Counted from the stretch's first letter, positions 43,490-56,543 are shown. The stretch: 64,000 nt of DNA from Dehalococcoidia bacterium (GCA_963555985.3 OY820591.1:2912001-2976000), one strand, 5' to 3'. The notes: generated by a model from the sequence alone, not told the origin. Made by a program: numbers and translations.

Positions 43490-43678
43490 ATGGCGATGCT
43501 CAAAGTCACCTACGTCAAATCCGCCATCGGCTATCGCAGCGACCAGGGACACACCATCCGTTCCCTAGGCCTGCGCAAGCTGGGACAGAGCACGATCAAA
43601 CCGGATACGCCTGATATTCGTGGTATGATCCATAAGGTGTCCCATCTGGTCACGGTGGTTGAAGTCGAGGACGCATGA
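43490..43678 (+). CDS. rpmD: 50S ribosomal protein L30
   Basis: [20 protein letters not shown]. Confidence 0.97.
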   Translation: MAMLKVTYVKSAIGYRSDQGHTIRSLGLRKLGQSTIKPDTPDIRGMIHKVSHLVTVVEVEDA

Positions 43679-44169
43679 TGGTCTTGCGGTTGAACGATCT
43701 GCGCCCCGCGCCGGGTTCACGGCGCAAGCGCAAGCGCGTGGGACGCGGCAACGCCTCCGGCAAGGGCACCTACTCCGGGCGCGGGCTCAAGGGCCAGCGC
43801 TCCCGCGCCGGACGCGATTACAACTCGGTCTTCGAGGGCGGCGCGATGTCGATGATGCGCACCTTGCCGCGGCGCAAGGGCTTCAAGGCTCCCTTCCGAG
43901 TCGAGACTCAGCCGATCAACGTCGTCGACCTGGGCCGCCGCTTCGCCGAGGGCGCGCAGATTGATGCCGAGGCGCTGGTCGCCGCCGGACTCCTACGCCG
44001 CGCCGGCGACCGTTTCAAGATTCTCGCCGGCGGCGAGATTGAGCACGCTGTCCACCTGCGCGTGGAGCGGATCTCGGCCGCCGCGCAAGCCAAGATCACC
44101 GCCGCCGGCGGCAGCGTCGAGGTGTTGAATGCAGAGAGCGCAGACAGCGGCGGGACCGACTCGGCCTAA
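43675..44169 (+). CDS. rplO: 50S ribosomal protein L15
   Basis: RVGRG.ASGKG, FEGG, AAGG. Confidence 0.98.
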   Translation: MMVLRLNDLRPAPGSRRKRKRVGRGNASGKGTYSGRGLKGQRSRAGRDYNSVFEGGAMSMMRTLPRRKGFKAPFRVETQPINVVDLGRRFAEGAQIDAEALVAAGLLRRAGDRFKILAGGEIEHAVHLRVERISAAAQAKITAAGGSVEVLNAESADSGGTDSA

Positions 44170-45877
44170 GCTGCTGCAGGCGCTGGTCGATGCCTGGCGC
44201 CAGCCCGATGTCCGGCAAAAGCTCGCCTTCACGCTGGCCATGCTGGTCGTGTTTCGGCTCGTCGCCCACGTGCCGATCCCCGATATCAACAAGACCCAGC
44301 TCGAAAACGCGCTCGACAACAACCCCGTCCTCGGTTTCCTGAACCTCTTCTCCGGCGGCGGCCTCGACAACCTCTCGATCGTCGCTCTGGGCGTCTACCC
44401 CTACATCACGGCCTCGATCGTGATGAACCTGCTCCAGCCGATGGTCCCCCGACTCCAAGCGCTCGCCCAAGAGGGGGAATCGGGCCGCAACAAGATTCAG
44501 CTCTACACCTACTGGCTCGCGATTCCGATGGCGCTCGTGCAGGGCTACGGGCAGTTGCTTTTGCTCGAAAACGCGCGCGCGATCACCGGCATCGGTTTCG
44601 GCGCCGAAGAATGGCTGCCCACCATCTCCGCGCTCCTGACCATGACCGCCGGCACGATGTTCCTGATCTGGCTGGGCGAATTGATCACCGAGAAGGGCGT
44701 CGGCAACGGCATCTCGCTGATCATCTTCGCCGGCATCTTGGCCAGCTTCCCCACGCTCTTCAACTCGGTCGGCAACTCCGACATCGGCTGGTCCGGCATC
44801 GCCGTCGTGATCGCGATCGCCATCGCGCTGGTCGCCCTGATTGTCTTCTTCCAGGAGGCCCAGCGGCGCATCCCCGTCCAATACGCCAGATCGGTCTTCA
44901 GAGGCGGGCGGATGTACCGCCAGAGCGGACAGAGTTATATCCCCTTACGAGTCAACTCCGCCGGCATGATCCCGCTGATCTTCGCCTTCTCGATCATCAT
45001 CTTCCCCTCCGTCCTGGCCGGTTGGATCACCGGCGCAGCCGGTGAAGAGAGCCAGACCCAGGTCGCGGTCGAAACGCCATTCGTGCGCGAAGACAGCGAT
45101 CAGACTCTGATCACGCTCTTCCCGGACCTTGACGATGAAGGCCGTTTCTGGGTCAACGACGCCGAGATCAGCTGGAATGCCAGCGAAGACACCTTCGACG
45201 ACCTGCTCGACCGAATCAATCAGGACAGCGACGCCAACGTCCTCACCCAGATTGAGACGACCAACGATCCGCTCAGCGGCGAAACCCTCTACGCCTGGCG
45301 GATCGACGCCAACGAGATCTCCGAAGACCCGATTACCCTCGCTGACATTGAGGGCAACTTCATCGCGGTCTCCGAGATCAAGACCCACGAGGACGCCTTC
45401 GATAATCCGCTCACGCCCGATATCGCCGAAGGCCAGACCTTAGGCGAACGCCCCGGCTGGATCATCCGCGCCGCCGATTGGGTCCAGCTCAATCTTTCGC
45501 CCGGACGTCCGGCGTACTGGGGGCTGTCCTTCATTCTCGTGGTCGGGTTCACCTTCTTCTACACCTTCGTCACCTTCCAGCAGCAGAACCTGGCCGAGAA
45601 CCTGCAAAAGCAGGGCGGCTTCATCCCCGGCATCAGACCTGGGCGACCCACGCAGGACTACATCAACCGCGTGCTCGCCCGAATCACTTGGGCCGGAGCG
45701 CTCTTCCTCGGTTTCGTCGCGGTCGTGCCCTTCTTAGCCACTGAATTCATCCCTGACAGCACCGCGCTCACGATCTCCAGCACTGGTCTGCTGATCGTGG
45801 TCGGCGTCGCGCTCGACACGATGCGCCAGATCGAAGCGCAGCTGCTGATGCGCAACTACGAAGGGTTTATCCGCTAA
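44129..45877 (+). CDS. secY: Preprotein translocase SecY with a large loop insertion
   Basis: [44 protein letters not shown]; 582 aa. Confidence 0.98.
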   Translation: MQRAQTAAGPTRPKLLQALVDAWRQPDVRQKLAFTLAMLVVFRLVAHVPIPDINKTQLENALDNNPVLGFLNLFSGGGLDNLSIVALGVYPYITASIVMNLLQPMVPRLQALAQEGESGRNKIQLYTYWLAIPMALVQGYGQLLLLENARAITGIGFGAEEWLPTISALLTMTAGTMFLIWLGELITEKGVGNGISLIIFAGILASFPTLFNSVGNSDIGWSGIAVVIAIAIALVALIVFFQEAQRRIPVQYARSVFRGGRMYRQSGQSYIPLRVNSAGMIPLIFAFSIIIFPSVLAGWITGAAGEESQTQVAVETPFVREDSDQTLITLFPDLDDEGRFWVNDAEISWNASEDTFDDLLDRINQDSDANVLTQIETTNDPLSGETLYAWRIDANEISEDPITLADIEGNFIAVSEIKTHEDAFDNPLTPDIAEGQTLGERPGWIIRAADWVQLNLSPGRPAYWGLSFILVVGFTFFYTFVTFQQQNLAENLQKQGGFIPGIRPGRPTQDYINRVLARITWAGALFLGFVAVVPFLATEFIPDSTALTISSTGLLIVVGVALDTMRQIEAQLLMRNYEGFIR

Positions 45878-45879
45878 CG

Positions 45880-46527
45880 ATGTACGTCATCCTGCTCGGC
45901 CCGCCCGGCGCGGGCAAAGGCACTCAAGCCGTCCAAACCGCCCAGCGCACCGGCCTGCTCCATCTCTCCACCGGAGACATGTTCCGCGAGCACCTGCGCG
46001 GCGGCACCGAACTCGGACAACTCGCCAAGGGCTACATGGACCGCGGCGAACTGGTGCCGGACGAAGTCACCATCTCGATGCTGCTCGAACGCATCGGCCG
46101 CGACGACGCCAAGGCCGGCTGTCTCTTCGACGGCTTCCCGCGAACTGTCGAGCAGGCGGCTGCGCTCGATCAGGCGCTCAACGAGCAGGACGACGGAATC
46201 ACCGTCACTGTCTTGATCGACGTCTCCAACGAGGAGATCACGCGCCGTCTCGGAGGCCGCGTCAGCTGCGCCAGCTGCGGCTCCGTCTTCCACCAGCTCT
46301 TCAATCCCCCCAACGCCGACGATCCCTGCTGCGGCAATGTCAACATGATCCAGCGCGACGACGACAAGCCCGAAGCGATCGCGAATCGGCTCCAGGTCTA
46401 CGCGGATCAGACCGAACCGCTGGTTGCCTACTATGAGCAGCAGGACAAGTTGACCCGCGTAAACGGCGAACAGTCGCCCGATGCAGTCGGCGTCGAACTC
46501 TTGGCGGCCCTGGAAGCGGCGAACTAA
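45880..46527 (+). CDS. adk: Adenylate kinase
   Basis: GPPGAGKGTQ, STGDMFR, DGFPRT. Confidence 0.98.
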   Translation: MYVILLGPPGAGKGTQAVQTAQRTGLLHLSTGDMFREHLRGGTELGQLAKGYMDRGELVPDEVTISMLLERIGRDDAKAGCLFDGFPRTVEQAAALDQALNEQDDGITVTVLIDVSNEEITRRLGGRVSCASCGSVFHQLFNPPNADDPCCGNVNMIQRDDDKPEAIANRLQVYADQTEPLVAYYEQQDKLTRVNGEQSPDAVGVELLAALEAAN

Positions 46528-46529
46528 CG

Positions 46530-47306
46530 ATGGTCAGTGGAGCGCGTCCCCGTCAGGTCGAACTGAAAACGCCCGCTCAGATCGCGGAAATGCGCGCGCC
46601 CGGCCGCATGGTCGGCGAAACCCTCGCCGAACTCCGCGAACTGGTCAAGCCCGGGCGCAAACTCTCCGAACTTGACCAGTATGTACTCGAGAAGTTCGAG
46701 CGCCTCGGCGTCATTCCCACCTTCCTCGGCTATCAGGGGTTCCCTCACACCATCTGCGCCTCGGTCAACGACGAGATCGTGCACGGCTTCGCCACCGAGC
46801 GCCGCCTGGAAGAGGGCGACATCCTCTCGATCGATCTCGGCGCCACGATCAACGGCTGGGTCGGCGATTCCGCCATCACCGTTGGCGTGGGTACGATCAG
46901 TGCGGAGGCGCAGCGCCTGCTCGATGTGACCTCAGAGTCGCTGAGTGCGGGCATTGACGCCGCCCGCATCGGCGTGCGTAAAGGCGATATCGGCGCAGCC
47001 ATTCAGGAAGTGCTAGAATCAGCGGGCTACGGCGTAGTGCGCGGCTACGTCGGTCACGGCGTGGGGCGGCAAATGCACGAGCCGCCGAACATGCCCAACT
47101 ACGGCCGGCGCGGCAGCGGTATGACCATGCGGCGCGGGATGGTCGTCGCCCTGGAGCCGATGGCCACCATCGGCAATCCGACGACCAAGGTGTTGGACGA
47201 CGGCTGGACGGTCTGCACCGCAGACGGCAGCCTCTCCGCCCACTTTGAACACACCATTGCCCTGCGCGAAGGCGAGCCGGCGGAGATTCTCACGTTGGCC
47301 CGGTGA
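46530..47306 (+). CDS. map: Methionine aminopeptidase type I
   Basis: SVNDEIVHG, GHGVG..MHE, EPM, SAHFEHT. Confidence 0.98.
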   Translation: MVSGARPRQVELKTPAQIAEMRAPGRMVGETLAELRELVKPGRKLSELDQYVLEKFERLGVIPTFLGYQGFPHTICASVNDEIVHGFATERRLEEGDILSIDLGATINGWVGDSAITVGVGTISAEAQRLLDVTSESLSAGIDAARIGVRKGDIGAAIQEVLESAGYGVVRGYVGHGVGRQMHEPPNMPNYGRRGSGMTMRRGMVVALEPMATIGNPTTKVLDDGWTVCTADGSLSAHFEHTIALREGEPAEILTLAR

Positions 47307-47369
47307 GACAAGCGAAACGAACGGCAGCCGCGCTCATGCACGAGCGCGGGCGCGAACGGTAACGGAGGC

Positions 47370-47654
47370 TTGGTGGCGCGAAATCGAGGCGGCGGCGGAC
47401 GCCGGGGGCAGCGTGCTTCATCGCCCGCCCCTCCGCCCAAACAGGACAAAATCGAAGTTGAGGGCGTCGTCCGCGAACTGCTCCCCAACGCGACCTTCCG
47501 GGTCGAACTGCCCAACGGGCACGAAGTGCTCGCGCACTTGGCCGGCAAGATGCGTCAGCATCACATCCGCGTCCTGCGCGGCGATCGTGTATTGGTGGAA
47601 CTCTCCGAGTATGACCTCACACGCGGTCGCGTGGTATACCGATTCAAGAACTAG
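47370..47654 (+). CDS. infA: Translation initiation factor IF-1 with N-terminal extension
   Basis: [21 protein letters not shown]; GGAGG before TTG/GTG. Confidence 0.96.
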   Translation: MVARNRGGGGRRGQRASSPAPPPKQDKIEVEGVVRELLPNATFRVELPNGHEVLAHLAGKMRQHHIRVLRGDRVLVELSEYDLTRGRVVYRFKN

Positions 47655-47723
47655 TCGAAACGAACACACGCCGGTTTCGAGCGAACGGGCGGACAACGCT
47701 GGAGCAGACGGCAGGAGCAGAGC

Positions 47724-48104
47724 ATGGCTCGTATCTCCGGGGTTGATGTCCCCGACGACAAGAAAGCGCCCTACGCGCTGCGCTATATCTTCGGCATCGG
47801 CGCGACCCGCGCCAAAGAAATCGTCGATAAAGCGCAAATCGACCCCGAACGCCGAATCCGCGAATTGACCGACGGCGAACTCGCCCGCATCCGCGAAATC
47901 GTCGACCGCGATTACCTGGTCGAAGGCGACCTCCGCCGCGTCGTGCGCTCCAACGTCCAGCGGCTGATCGACATCAACTGTTACCGCGGCCAGCGCCACC
48001 GCCGCAACCTGCCGATGCGCGGCCAGCGCACCCGCACCAATGCGCGCACCCGGCGCGGAGCGAAGAAGACGGTCGCCGGCCGCCGCCGAGCCGTCAAGCG
48101 CTAA
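47724..48104 (+). CDS. rpsM: 30S ribosomal protein S13
   Basis: [19 protein letters not shown]. Confidence 0.99.
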   Translation: MARISGVDVPDDKKAPYALRYIFGIGATRAKEIVDKAQIDPERRIRELTDGELARIREIVDRDYLVEGDLRRVVRSNVQRLIDINCYRGQRHRRNLPMRGQRTRTNARTRRGAKKTVAGRRRAVKR

Positions 48105-48196
48105 CGGACGCACAGAGACGCAACACACGACAACACCGGCGGTCCGCATCGGCAAGCTGCGGCCGCCTGCCCACGAGTGAGACGAAGGAGACGCAG

Positions 48197-48595
48197 ATGG
48201 TCAGTCAGCGGCGAGAGCGGCGCGGACGACGGCGCGAACGCAAGAACATCCCCCACGGACGCGCCTACATCCAGTCCACTTTCAACAACACCATCATCAC
48301 CATGACCGACCTCAACGGGAACCCCGTTGCCTGGAGCAGCGCCGGCAGCACCGCCGGCGTCCGCGGTTCTCGCAAAGGCACGCCCTTCGCTGCCCAAATC
48401 GCCGCCGAAGAAGCCGCCAAGAAAGCCGCTGTGCATGGCATGAAAGAGATCGACGTCTACGTCAAGGGTCCGGGCTCAGGGCGCGAGTCCGCCGTGCGCG
48501 CGCTCCAGGCCGCCGGACTCACCCTGCTCTCGATCCGCGACGTGACTCCGATCCCGCACAACGGCTGCCGCCCCCGCAAACGCCGCCGCGTCTAG
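48197..48595 (+). CDS. rpsK: 30S ribosomal protein S11
   Basis: [19 protein letters not shown]. Confidence 0.99.
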   Translation: MVSQRRERRGRRRERKNIPHGRAYIQSTFNNTIITMTDLNGNPVAWSSAGSTAGVRGSRKGTPFAAQIAAEEAAKKAAVHGMKEIDVYVKGPGSGRESAVRALQAAGLTLLSIRDVTPIPHNGCRPRKRRRV

Positions 48596-48600
48596 CCGCA

Positions 48601-48680
48601 CGCCACCGAAACGCTGCGCACACTGCCGCACACCATCGAACACACTCGAACACCTCCGAACACACCTGAACGCCAGAACA
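48601..48680 (+). repeat. Degenerate 10-bp tandem repeats (cacactcgaa)
   Basis: caccatcgaa cacactcgaa cacctccgaa cacacctgaa plus degenerate upstream units. Confidence 0.8.
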
Positions 48681-48695
48681 CAGAGAGACCCGCCC

Positions 48696-49322
48696 ATGGC
48701 TCGATACACCGGACCGGTCTGCCGCATCTGCCGCCGCAGCGGCGAGAAGCTGATGCTCAAGGGCGAGCGTTGCAGCACGCCCAAGTGCGCCATTGAGCGC
48801 CGCAACCAGCCCCCTGGACAGCGCTCTCCCCGCCGTCGCAAAGTCTCCGACTACGGCGTCCAGGTCAAGGAAAAGCAGAAGGTGCGCAAGACCTACGGCG
48901 TGCTCGAGCGCCAGTTCCGGCGCATGTTCAGCGAAGCTTCGCGCCGCCCCGGCGCGACCGGCGACAACCTCCTGCAAATGCTCGAACTCCGCTTCGACAA
49001 TGTCGTCTACCGCCTCGGCATCGCCGAGTCCCGCGCTCAGGCCCGCCAGCTCGTCCGCCACGGCCATATCACCCTCAACGGTCACAAGGCCGACATTCCC
49101 TCAATCGAGACTCGAGTCGGCGACCAGATCGGCTGGACCGAGCGCGGCCGCAAGAGCAAGTTCTACGAACTCTCCCGCACCTGGCAGGGCAGCCGCGAAG
49201 TGCCCGGCTGGCTCCGGATCGACCCGATCCAGCTCGAGGGCGAACTGACCGCCCTGCCCGCCCGCGAAGACATCGACATGCGTGTCGACGAGAACGCCAT
49301 CGTTGAGTACTACTCCCGCTAG
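48696..49322 (+). CDS. rpsD: 30S ribosomal protein S4
   Basis: MARYTGPVCRICRR, ARQLVRHGH, VEYYSR. Confidence 0.99.
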   Translation: MARYTGPVCRICRRSGEKLMLKGERCSTPKCAIERRNQPPGQRSPRRRKVSDYGVQVKEKQKVRKTYGVLERQFRRMFSEASRRPGATGDNLLQMLELRFDNVVYRLGIAESRAQARQLVRHGHITLNGHKADIPSIETRVGDQIGWTERGRKSKFYELSRTWQGSREVPGWLRIDPIQLEGELTALPAREDIDMRVDENAIVEYYSR

Positions 49323-49371
49323 CACCCTTCCCCGCCCGCGCACCCGTTCCCCTCTGGAGGCCGCGACCATC

Positions 49372-50550
49372 GTGATCCTGCCGACCGATCAGCCACACTT
49401 CCAGCTCGAAGACGAGCGCCAAGACTACGCCCGTATTCTGGTGGGGCCGCTCCCGCGCGGCTTCGCTCACACCCTGGGCAACTCCTTGCGCCGCGTGCTC
49501 CTGGGCCGCATTCGCGGCGCCGCTATCACCTGGGTCCGGATCGACCAGGTGCAGCACGAGTTCTCTACCGTCCCCGCGATGAAGGAAGACACCACCGAGT
49601 TCCTGCTCAACCTGCGCGAGGTGCGCCTTCGCGCCCTCGCCGATCAGCCCGCCGAACTGCAACTCAACGTCAGCGGCCCCGCTCAGATCACCGCCGCCGA
49701 CATCGCCGCCCCGGGCGATTACGAGATCGTCAACCCCGAGCTCTACCTCGCCACACTCGACAGTGGCGATGCCCAGCTCAACGTCGTGATGAAGGCCGAA
49801 ACCGGCTACGGCTTCCAGCCTTCCGAAGAGGTGCACAGCGCCGACGAACCGATCGGCCTGATCCCGCTCGATGCCGTCTTCACCCCGATTCGCAAGGCGA
49901 GCTACCGCGTGCAGCAGGCCAGCGGCGGTCAGGCCTCCAGCGCGGAAGAGTTGCTGCTCGAAGTCTGGACGAACGGCGCGATCTCCGGCAAGGACGCCAT
50001 CCAGAACGCCGCCGTCGCGCTCCAGGACGAACTCAAGCTGTTCACCACCATGGGCCAACCGCCCGTGCCGCGCGCGCTCGCTCCGCACGCCCGCGTCGGA
50101 CTCAGCGTCGAGCAGTACAACCTCCCGATCGAAGAGCTCAAGCTCTCCGTCCGCGCCCACAACTGCCTCAAGCGCAGCGGCCTGATGGTCGTGGGACAGA
50201 TTCTCGAAAAGTCCGACGACGAGTTGCTCACGCTGCGTAACTTCGGCGAGAAGTCGTACATCGAGCTGATCGAGAAGCTCCACGACATGAATCTGCTCGA
50301 CGAGGATGACCCGCGCGTGCGCCGCGCCCGCGAAGGCGTCTTCGCGCCCGTGGACGAAGCCCCGCTGACCACGCTGCCGCCGCTGGAGGAGACTGCTGAG
50401 ACGGCAACCCTGCCCGACGAACCGAGCATCGCCGTCGGCGCGCCGGAACCGAGCGACTCCGACGACGAGGAAGTCGACGAGACCACTTCCGCTCTCGGCG
50501 CGGCGCTGCTGGAGGCGCTGCGTCAGGCCGGCGAAGGCGCCGAAGAGTAA
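49372..50550 (+). CDS. rpoA: RNA polymerase alpha subunit with acidic C-terminal extension
   Basis: GFAHTLGNSLRR, LSVRAHNCLKR, RNFGEKS; GGAGG plus GTG at 49372. Confidence 0.98.
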   Translation: MILPTDQPHFQLEDERQDYARILVGPLPRGFAHTLGNSLRRVLLGRIRGAAITWVRIDQVQHEFSTVPAMKEDTTEFLLNLREVRLRALADQPAELQLNVSGPAQITAADIAAPGDYEIVNPELYLATLDSGDAQLNVVMKAETGYGFQPSEEVHSADEPIGLIPLDAVFTPIRKASYRVQQASGGQASSAEELLLEVWTNGAISGKDAIQNAAVALQDELKLFTTMGQPPVPRALAPHARVGLSVEQYNLPIEELKLSVRAHNCLKRSGLMVVGQILEKSDDELLTLRNFGEKSYIELIEKLHDMNLLDEDDPRVRRAREGVFAPVDEAPLTTLPPLEETAETATLPDEPSIAVGAPEPSDSDDEEVDETTSALGAALLEALRQAGEGAEE

Positions 50551-50598
50551 GCACGACCATCCGGCCGCGATCGGCGGCCCGCTGAGGAGACCTGGACG

Positions 50599-51012
50599 AT
50601 GCGCCACCGTAAGCATGGACGAGCGCTCAGCCGCAGCCGCTCGCACCGAAACGCGCTCGTGCGCAACCAGGTCACCGACCTCTTGCGCCACGAAGCGATC
50701 GTCACCACCGAAGCCAAGGCCAAGGCCATTCGTCCCGTCGCGGAACGGATGATCACGCTCGGCAAGCGCGGCACCCTCCACGCCCGCCGCCAGGCCAGCG
50801 CCGTCCTCACCGACCGCAAAGTCCTGCGCCGGCTCTTCGATGAGGTCGCGCCCCGCTTCGAGGAGCGCAACGGCGGCTACACCCGGATCGTCAAGCTCGG
50901 CCCCCGCCGCGGCGACGGCGCTGCGATGGCCCACATCGAACTCGTCGAGCGCGCCGCTCCTACCGTCGCCGAGGCTGAAGCCGAAGCCCAGGCCGAAACC
51001 GACGACGAATAG
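50599..51012 (+). CDS. rplQ: 50S ribosomal protein L17
   Basis: MRHRK, TTEAKAK, GGYTRI, RRGDGA. Confidence 0.99.
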   Translation: MRHRKHGRALSRSRSHRNALVRNQVTDLLRHEAIVTTEAKAKAIRPVAERMITLGKRGTLHARRQASAVLTDRKVLRRLFDEVAPRFEERNGGYTRIVKLGPRRGDGAAMAHIELVERAAPTVAEAEAEAQAETDDE

Positions 51013-51029
51013 CACAGCGCCGCTCCACC

Positions 51030-51857
51030 ATGCCCGATGCGCTCGCTCAGCCCCAACGCTGGGCGCTTCTGCTCCAATACGACGGTTCGGAGTTCGCAGG
51101 ATCGCAATGGCAACCGCAACTGCCCACCGTCCAGGGCGCGCTCGAACAGGCTCTGGCCTCGCTGACCGATCCGGGCGGGACAGCGCCGCGAACCCGCGCC
51201 GCGCTGGCCGGACGCACCGACGCGGGCGTCCACGCCACAGGTCAGGTCGCCGCCTTCAGCAGCGCCTCCGACCTCACCGCCCGCCGCTGGATTCGCGGCC
51301 TCAATCACTTCTTGCCCGATGCCGTTGCGGTACAGGCCATGCAACCCGTCGCGCCCAGCTTCGACCCGCGCCGCGACGCCATCGCGCGCGTCTATCGCTA
51401 CCGCTTGCGTATCGCCGCGCAGCGGCAGCCGCTCTGGGCGCGGCGCGCCTGGATCGTGCCTCCGCCTTTCGACCCGGCGGCGGCGCGCGCCGCACTCGCC
51501 GAGCTGGTGGGTCAGTGCGACTTCGCCGCGTTCTCTCCGCCCACGAGCGAGCGCTCGACCGTGCGCACGCTCCACTCCGCCGAGCTGACCGGCGGCGGCG
51601 TGAACTGGGAGTTCCGCTTTCGCGCCGATGCGTTTCTCCAGCACCAGGTGCGGCGCATGGCGGGAGCGGTCGTGGAGGTCGCCCGCGGGCGGGTGACGCT
51701 CGATACATTTCGCCGCAATCTGCGCAGCGCAGCGCCGGGCGGATTGGGGCCAACCGCGCCCGCCAACGCTTTGACGTTGGCCAGGGTTGAGTACGATAAG
51801 TCTGTCCTCTCCGATTGGGAGTTAACCGATGTCGACGACTGTTCTGAGTTCGAATGA
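51030..51857 (+). CDS. truA: tRNA pseudouridine(38-40) synthase
   Basis: YDGS, GRTDAGVHA, FLQHQVR. Confidence 0.97.
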   Translation: MPDALAQPQRWALLLQYDGSEFAGSQWQPQLPTVQGALEQALASLTDPGGTAPRTRAALAGRTDAGVHATGQVAAFSSASDLTARRWIRGLNHFLPDAVAVQAMQPVAPSFDPRRDAIARVYRYRLRIAAQRQPLWARRAWIVPPPFDPAAARAALAELVGQCDFAAFSPPTSERSTVRTLHSAELTGGGVNWEFRFRADAFLQHQVRRMAGAVVEVARGRVTLDTFRRNLRSAAPGGLGPTAPANALTLARVEYDKSVLSDWELTDVDDCSEFE

Positions 51858-52254
51858 CGTGGAGCGCGCCTGGCACGTGATCGACGCCACGGATCGCCCG
51901 TTGGGGCGCGTGGCCACCGAGATCGCGGTGCTGCTGCGCGGCAAGCACAAGCCCTCGTTCCATCCTTCGCAGGATGTGGGCGACTACGTGATTGTGATCA
52001 ACGCCGCGCGCGTTGCGGTGACCGGGCGCAAGCTGGAGCAGAAGAAGTACTATCGCCACTCGGGTTACTTGGGCAGCTTGAAAGAGCAGACGCTCAAGGA
52101 CCTGCTGGCGAAGCATCCGGAGCGCGTGATCGAGCGCGCTGTGCGCGGGATGCTGCCGAAGACGCGGCTGGGGCGGACGCAGTACCGCCACCTCCGCGTC
52201 TACGCCGGACCGGACCACCCCCACCAGGGCCAAATCGCCGAGAGCGGAGCCTGA
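51829..52254 (+). CDS. rplM: 50S ribosomal protein L13
   Basis: LRGKHKP, GDYVIVINA, GMLPK. Confidence 0.99.
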   Translation: MSTTVLSSNDVERAWHVIDATDRPLGRVATEIAVLLRGKHKPSFHPSQDVGDYVIVINAARVAVTGRKLEQKKYYRHSGYLGSLKEQTLKDLLAKHPERVIERAVRGMLPKTRLGRTQYRHLRVYAGPDHPHQGQIAESGA

Positions 52255-52258
52255 GCCG

Positions 52259-52663
52259 ATGACTACCAGCAGCGCGAACCACTATCACTACGGTCTCGGC
52301 CGCCGCAAGACCTCGATCGCCCGCGTCCGGCTCTATCCGGGCGACGGCTCGATTGTGGTCAACGGCAAGCCCGCCGAGCAGCTTTTCGCCCGCGAGGAGC
52401 AGCGGCGGCTGATCAAGGAGCCGCTCTTCGTCTGCGAGGCCGAGCACAGCTACCGGGCCGAGGTGAAGTGCTCCGGCGGGGGCATGACCGGCTGGGCCGG
52501 CGCGATCCGTCTGGGCATCGCCCGCGCCCTGCTCGCCTCGGACGAGTCCCTGCGCGGCACCCTGCGCCAGGAGGGGATGCTGACCCGCGATCCGCGCGCC
52601 AAGGAGCGCAAGAAGCCCGGGCTCAAGCGGGCGCGCAAGGCTCCGCAGTACACCAAGCGCTAG
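52259..52663 (+). CDS. rpsI: 30S ribosomal protein S9
   Basis: GRRKTS, ERKKPGL, QYTKR. Confidence 0.99.
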   Translation: MTTSSANHYHYGLGRRKTSIARVRLYPGDGSIVVNGKPAEQLFAREEQRRLIKEPLFVCEAEHSYRAEVKCSGGGMTGWAGAIRLGIARALLASDESLRGTLRQEGMLTRDPRAKERKKPGLKRARKAPQYTKR

Positions 52664-52947
52664 GGCTTGTTCAGATCGCTCTGAGCTGAAGGCACCGAGG
52701 CAGGGTGGAAGCGCCAACCCCCGGCATTGCCGATCCCACTTCGTCATACCCGCGCTTGCCGCGGGTATCTCGCTGTGAGCGGCATGGAGGCCGTGCGTGG
52801 GTTGAGCGATTGAGCGCGGGCGGGTTTCCTCAGAATGAAGTGTTGGTGCAGCAGTCGGCGTCATTCCCGCGACGGAGCGCGGGAATGACGAGTCAGAGCG
52901 GGAATGACGAGCGAGTGTTGATCTGGCGAGGTCAATGTGAACAGGCA

Positions 52948-52948
<1 letters not shown>
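52663..52948. mobile_element. 286-bp MITE with 14-bp imperfect TIRs and a TA duplication in CTAG, carrying internal REP palindromes
   Basis: GGGCTTGTTCAGAT ... ATGTGAACAGGCAC (11/14 complementary); TA at 52661-2 and 52949-50. Confidence 0.8.
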
Positions 52949-55466
<2,518 letters not shown>

Positions 55467-55769
55467 TCATGCTGTCGCGTCCTCCGGCAGCGGCTCGCGG
55501 TGATCACTGTACCGCCCAGCGGCGAATGCGCCGGATTCGGGAGTTGGGGTGATCGTTTTGGTCGGCTCGCTGCCGCTTCTGCTCATGTTTGCGTCCGGGG
55601 TGTTCAGTGGATAGCGAGAATTTTTTTTCGCGCCGAAGAAATGTGTAGAGATTGAGAATGTGTAGGTTTTTCTGGGAGATTGTGAGATTGGGGTTGGATA
55701 GAAGTGGATGATTTTGGAAGGTTTTGGATAGTTTGGATAGTGGAAGTTGCAGGGTGATTCGGGTGGTCG

Positions 55770-56520
55770 CCTCCCTCTGCCTTCGGCATCTCCCCCCGCA
55801 AAGAGAGTTGCGCGTAAATCACATTCCCGTTGCTCTCGTCATTCCAGCGAACGCTGGAATCTCGCTCCGACCAGAGAGCCCGCAATTCCGGACGAGATTC
55901 CAGGTCAAGCCTGGAATGACGGAAATGGGGATTTTGCGGACGGGGTGTCCGATTGTGTCCGATTGTGTTCGGGTGTGTTCGATTTCGTTCGGGAGCGTTC
56001 GGGTTCGTTCCGGTGTGTGTTGGGCGGTTCGGGCGGGTTGCGGCGGTCATGGCGGGTTCTGTTGGTTGTGGGCGCGGGTTGGCTGGGGTCCATCATATCC
56101 GTACTGGAGTTCTGTGGCGGGGTTGAGTTTGGAAGAGTGTTGCGGGGATGACAGTTGGGGTGGGGCGGGTGGACCCCCTCTGTCCCCTGTTCAGGCCAGG
56201 GGCGGGCTGCTGCGCGACGCCTCTCCCAAGGGAGCCCTGTGCATACATCAAAGACCGTCATACCCGCGCTTGTCGCGGGTATTTCGCCGTGATTGCACCG
56301 TCGTCGCGCACACGGCGAGATTGCCGCGGCGGAGCGCGGCAATGACGGAGCACATCGACGTTCGCAAAGCTCTCCTTGGGCGGGAATCCAGAGGCCACTC
56401 GGTACGATGCATGGATTCCCGCCTGCGCGGGAATGACGGAAATGGGGATTTTGCAGAGGCCTGCCTGCGCGGGAATGACGTATTTTGGGATTACGCGCGG
56501 ATCTTCTCAAGGGGGAGATC
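55770..56520. repeat. Repeat island: REP palindromes, MITE copy (55803-55924), decamer array (55941-56040), inverted cassette copy, nested MITE ends
   Basis: Direct matches to 3515-3636, about 3886-3994 (inverted) and 20974-21043; palindromes related to those at 18643 and 52742. Confidence 0.88.
56092..56112 (-). promoter_or_regulatory. Putative SOS-box-like operator next to a -10 box
   Basis: Minus strand GAAC-tcca-GTAC-gga-TATGAT. Confidence 0.5.
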
Positions 56521-56543
56521 GATCATGGTTGACGGCAGGTCAC

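Noticed and set aside
45041-45456. Intein in SecY
   Set aside because: No N-terminal Cys/Ser block, no His-Asn terminus, no endonuclease motifs
55600-55760. Chromosomal oriC
   Set aside because: No perfect DnaA boxes and no dnaA/dnaN nearby; kept only as an origin-like curiosity
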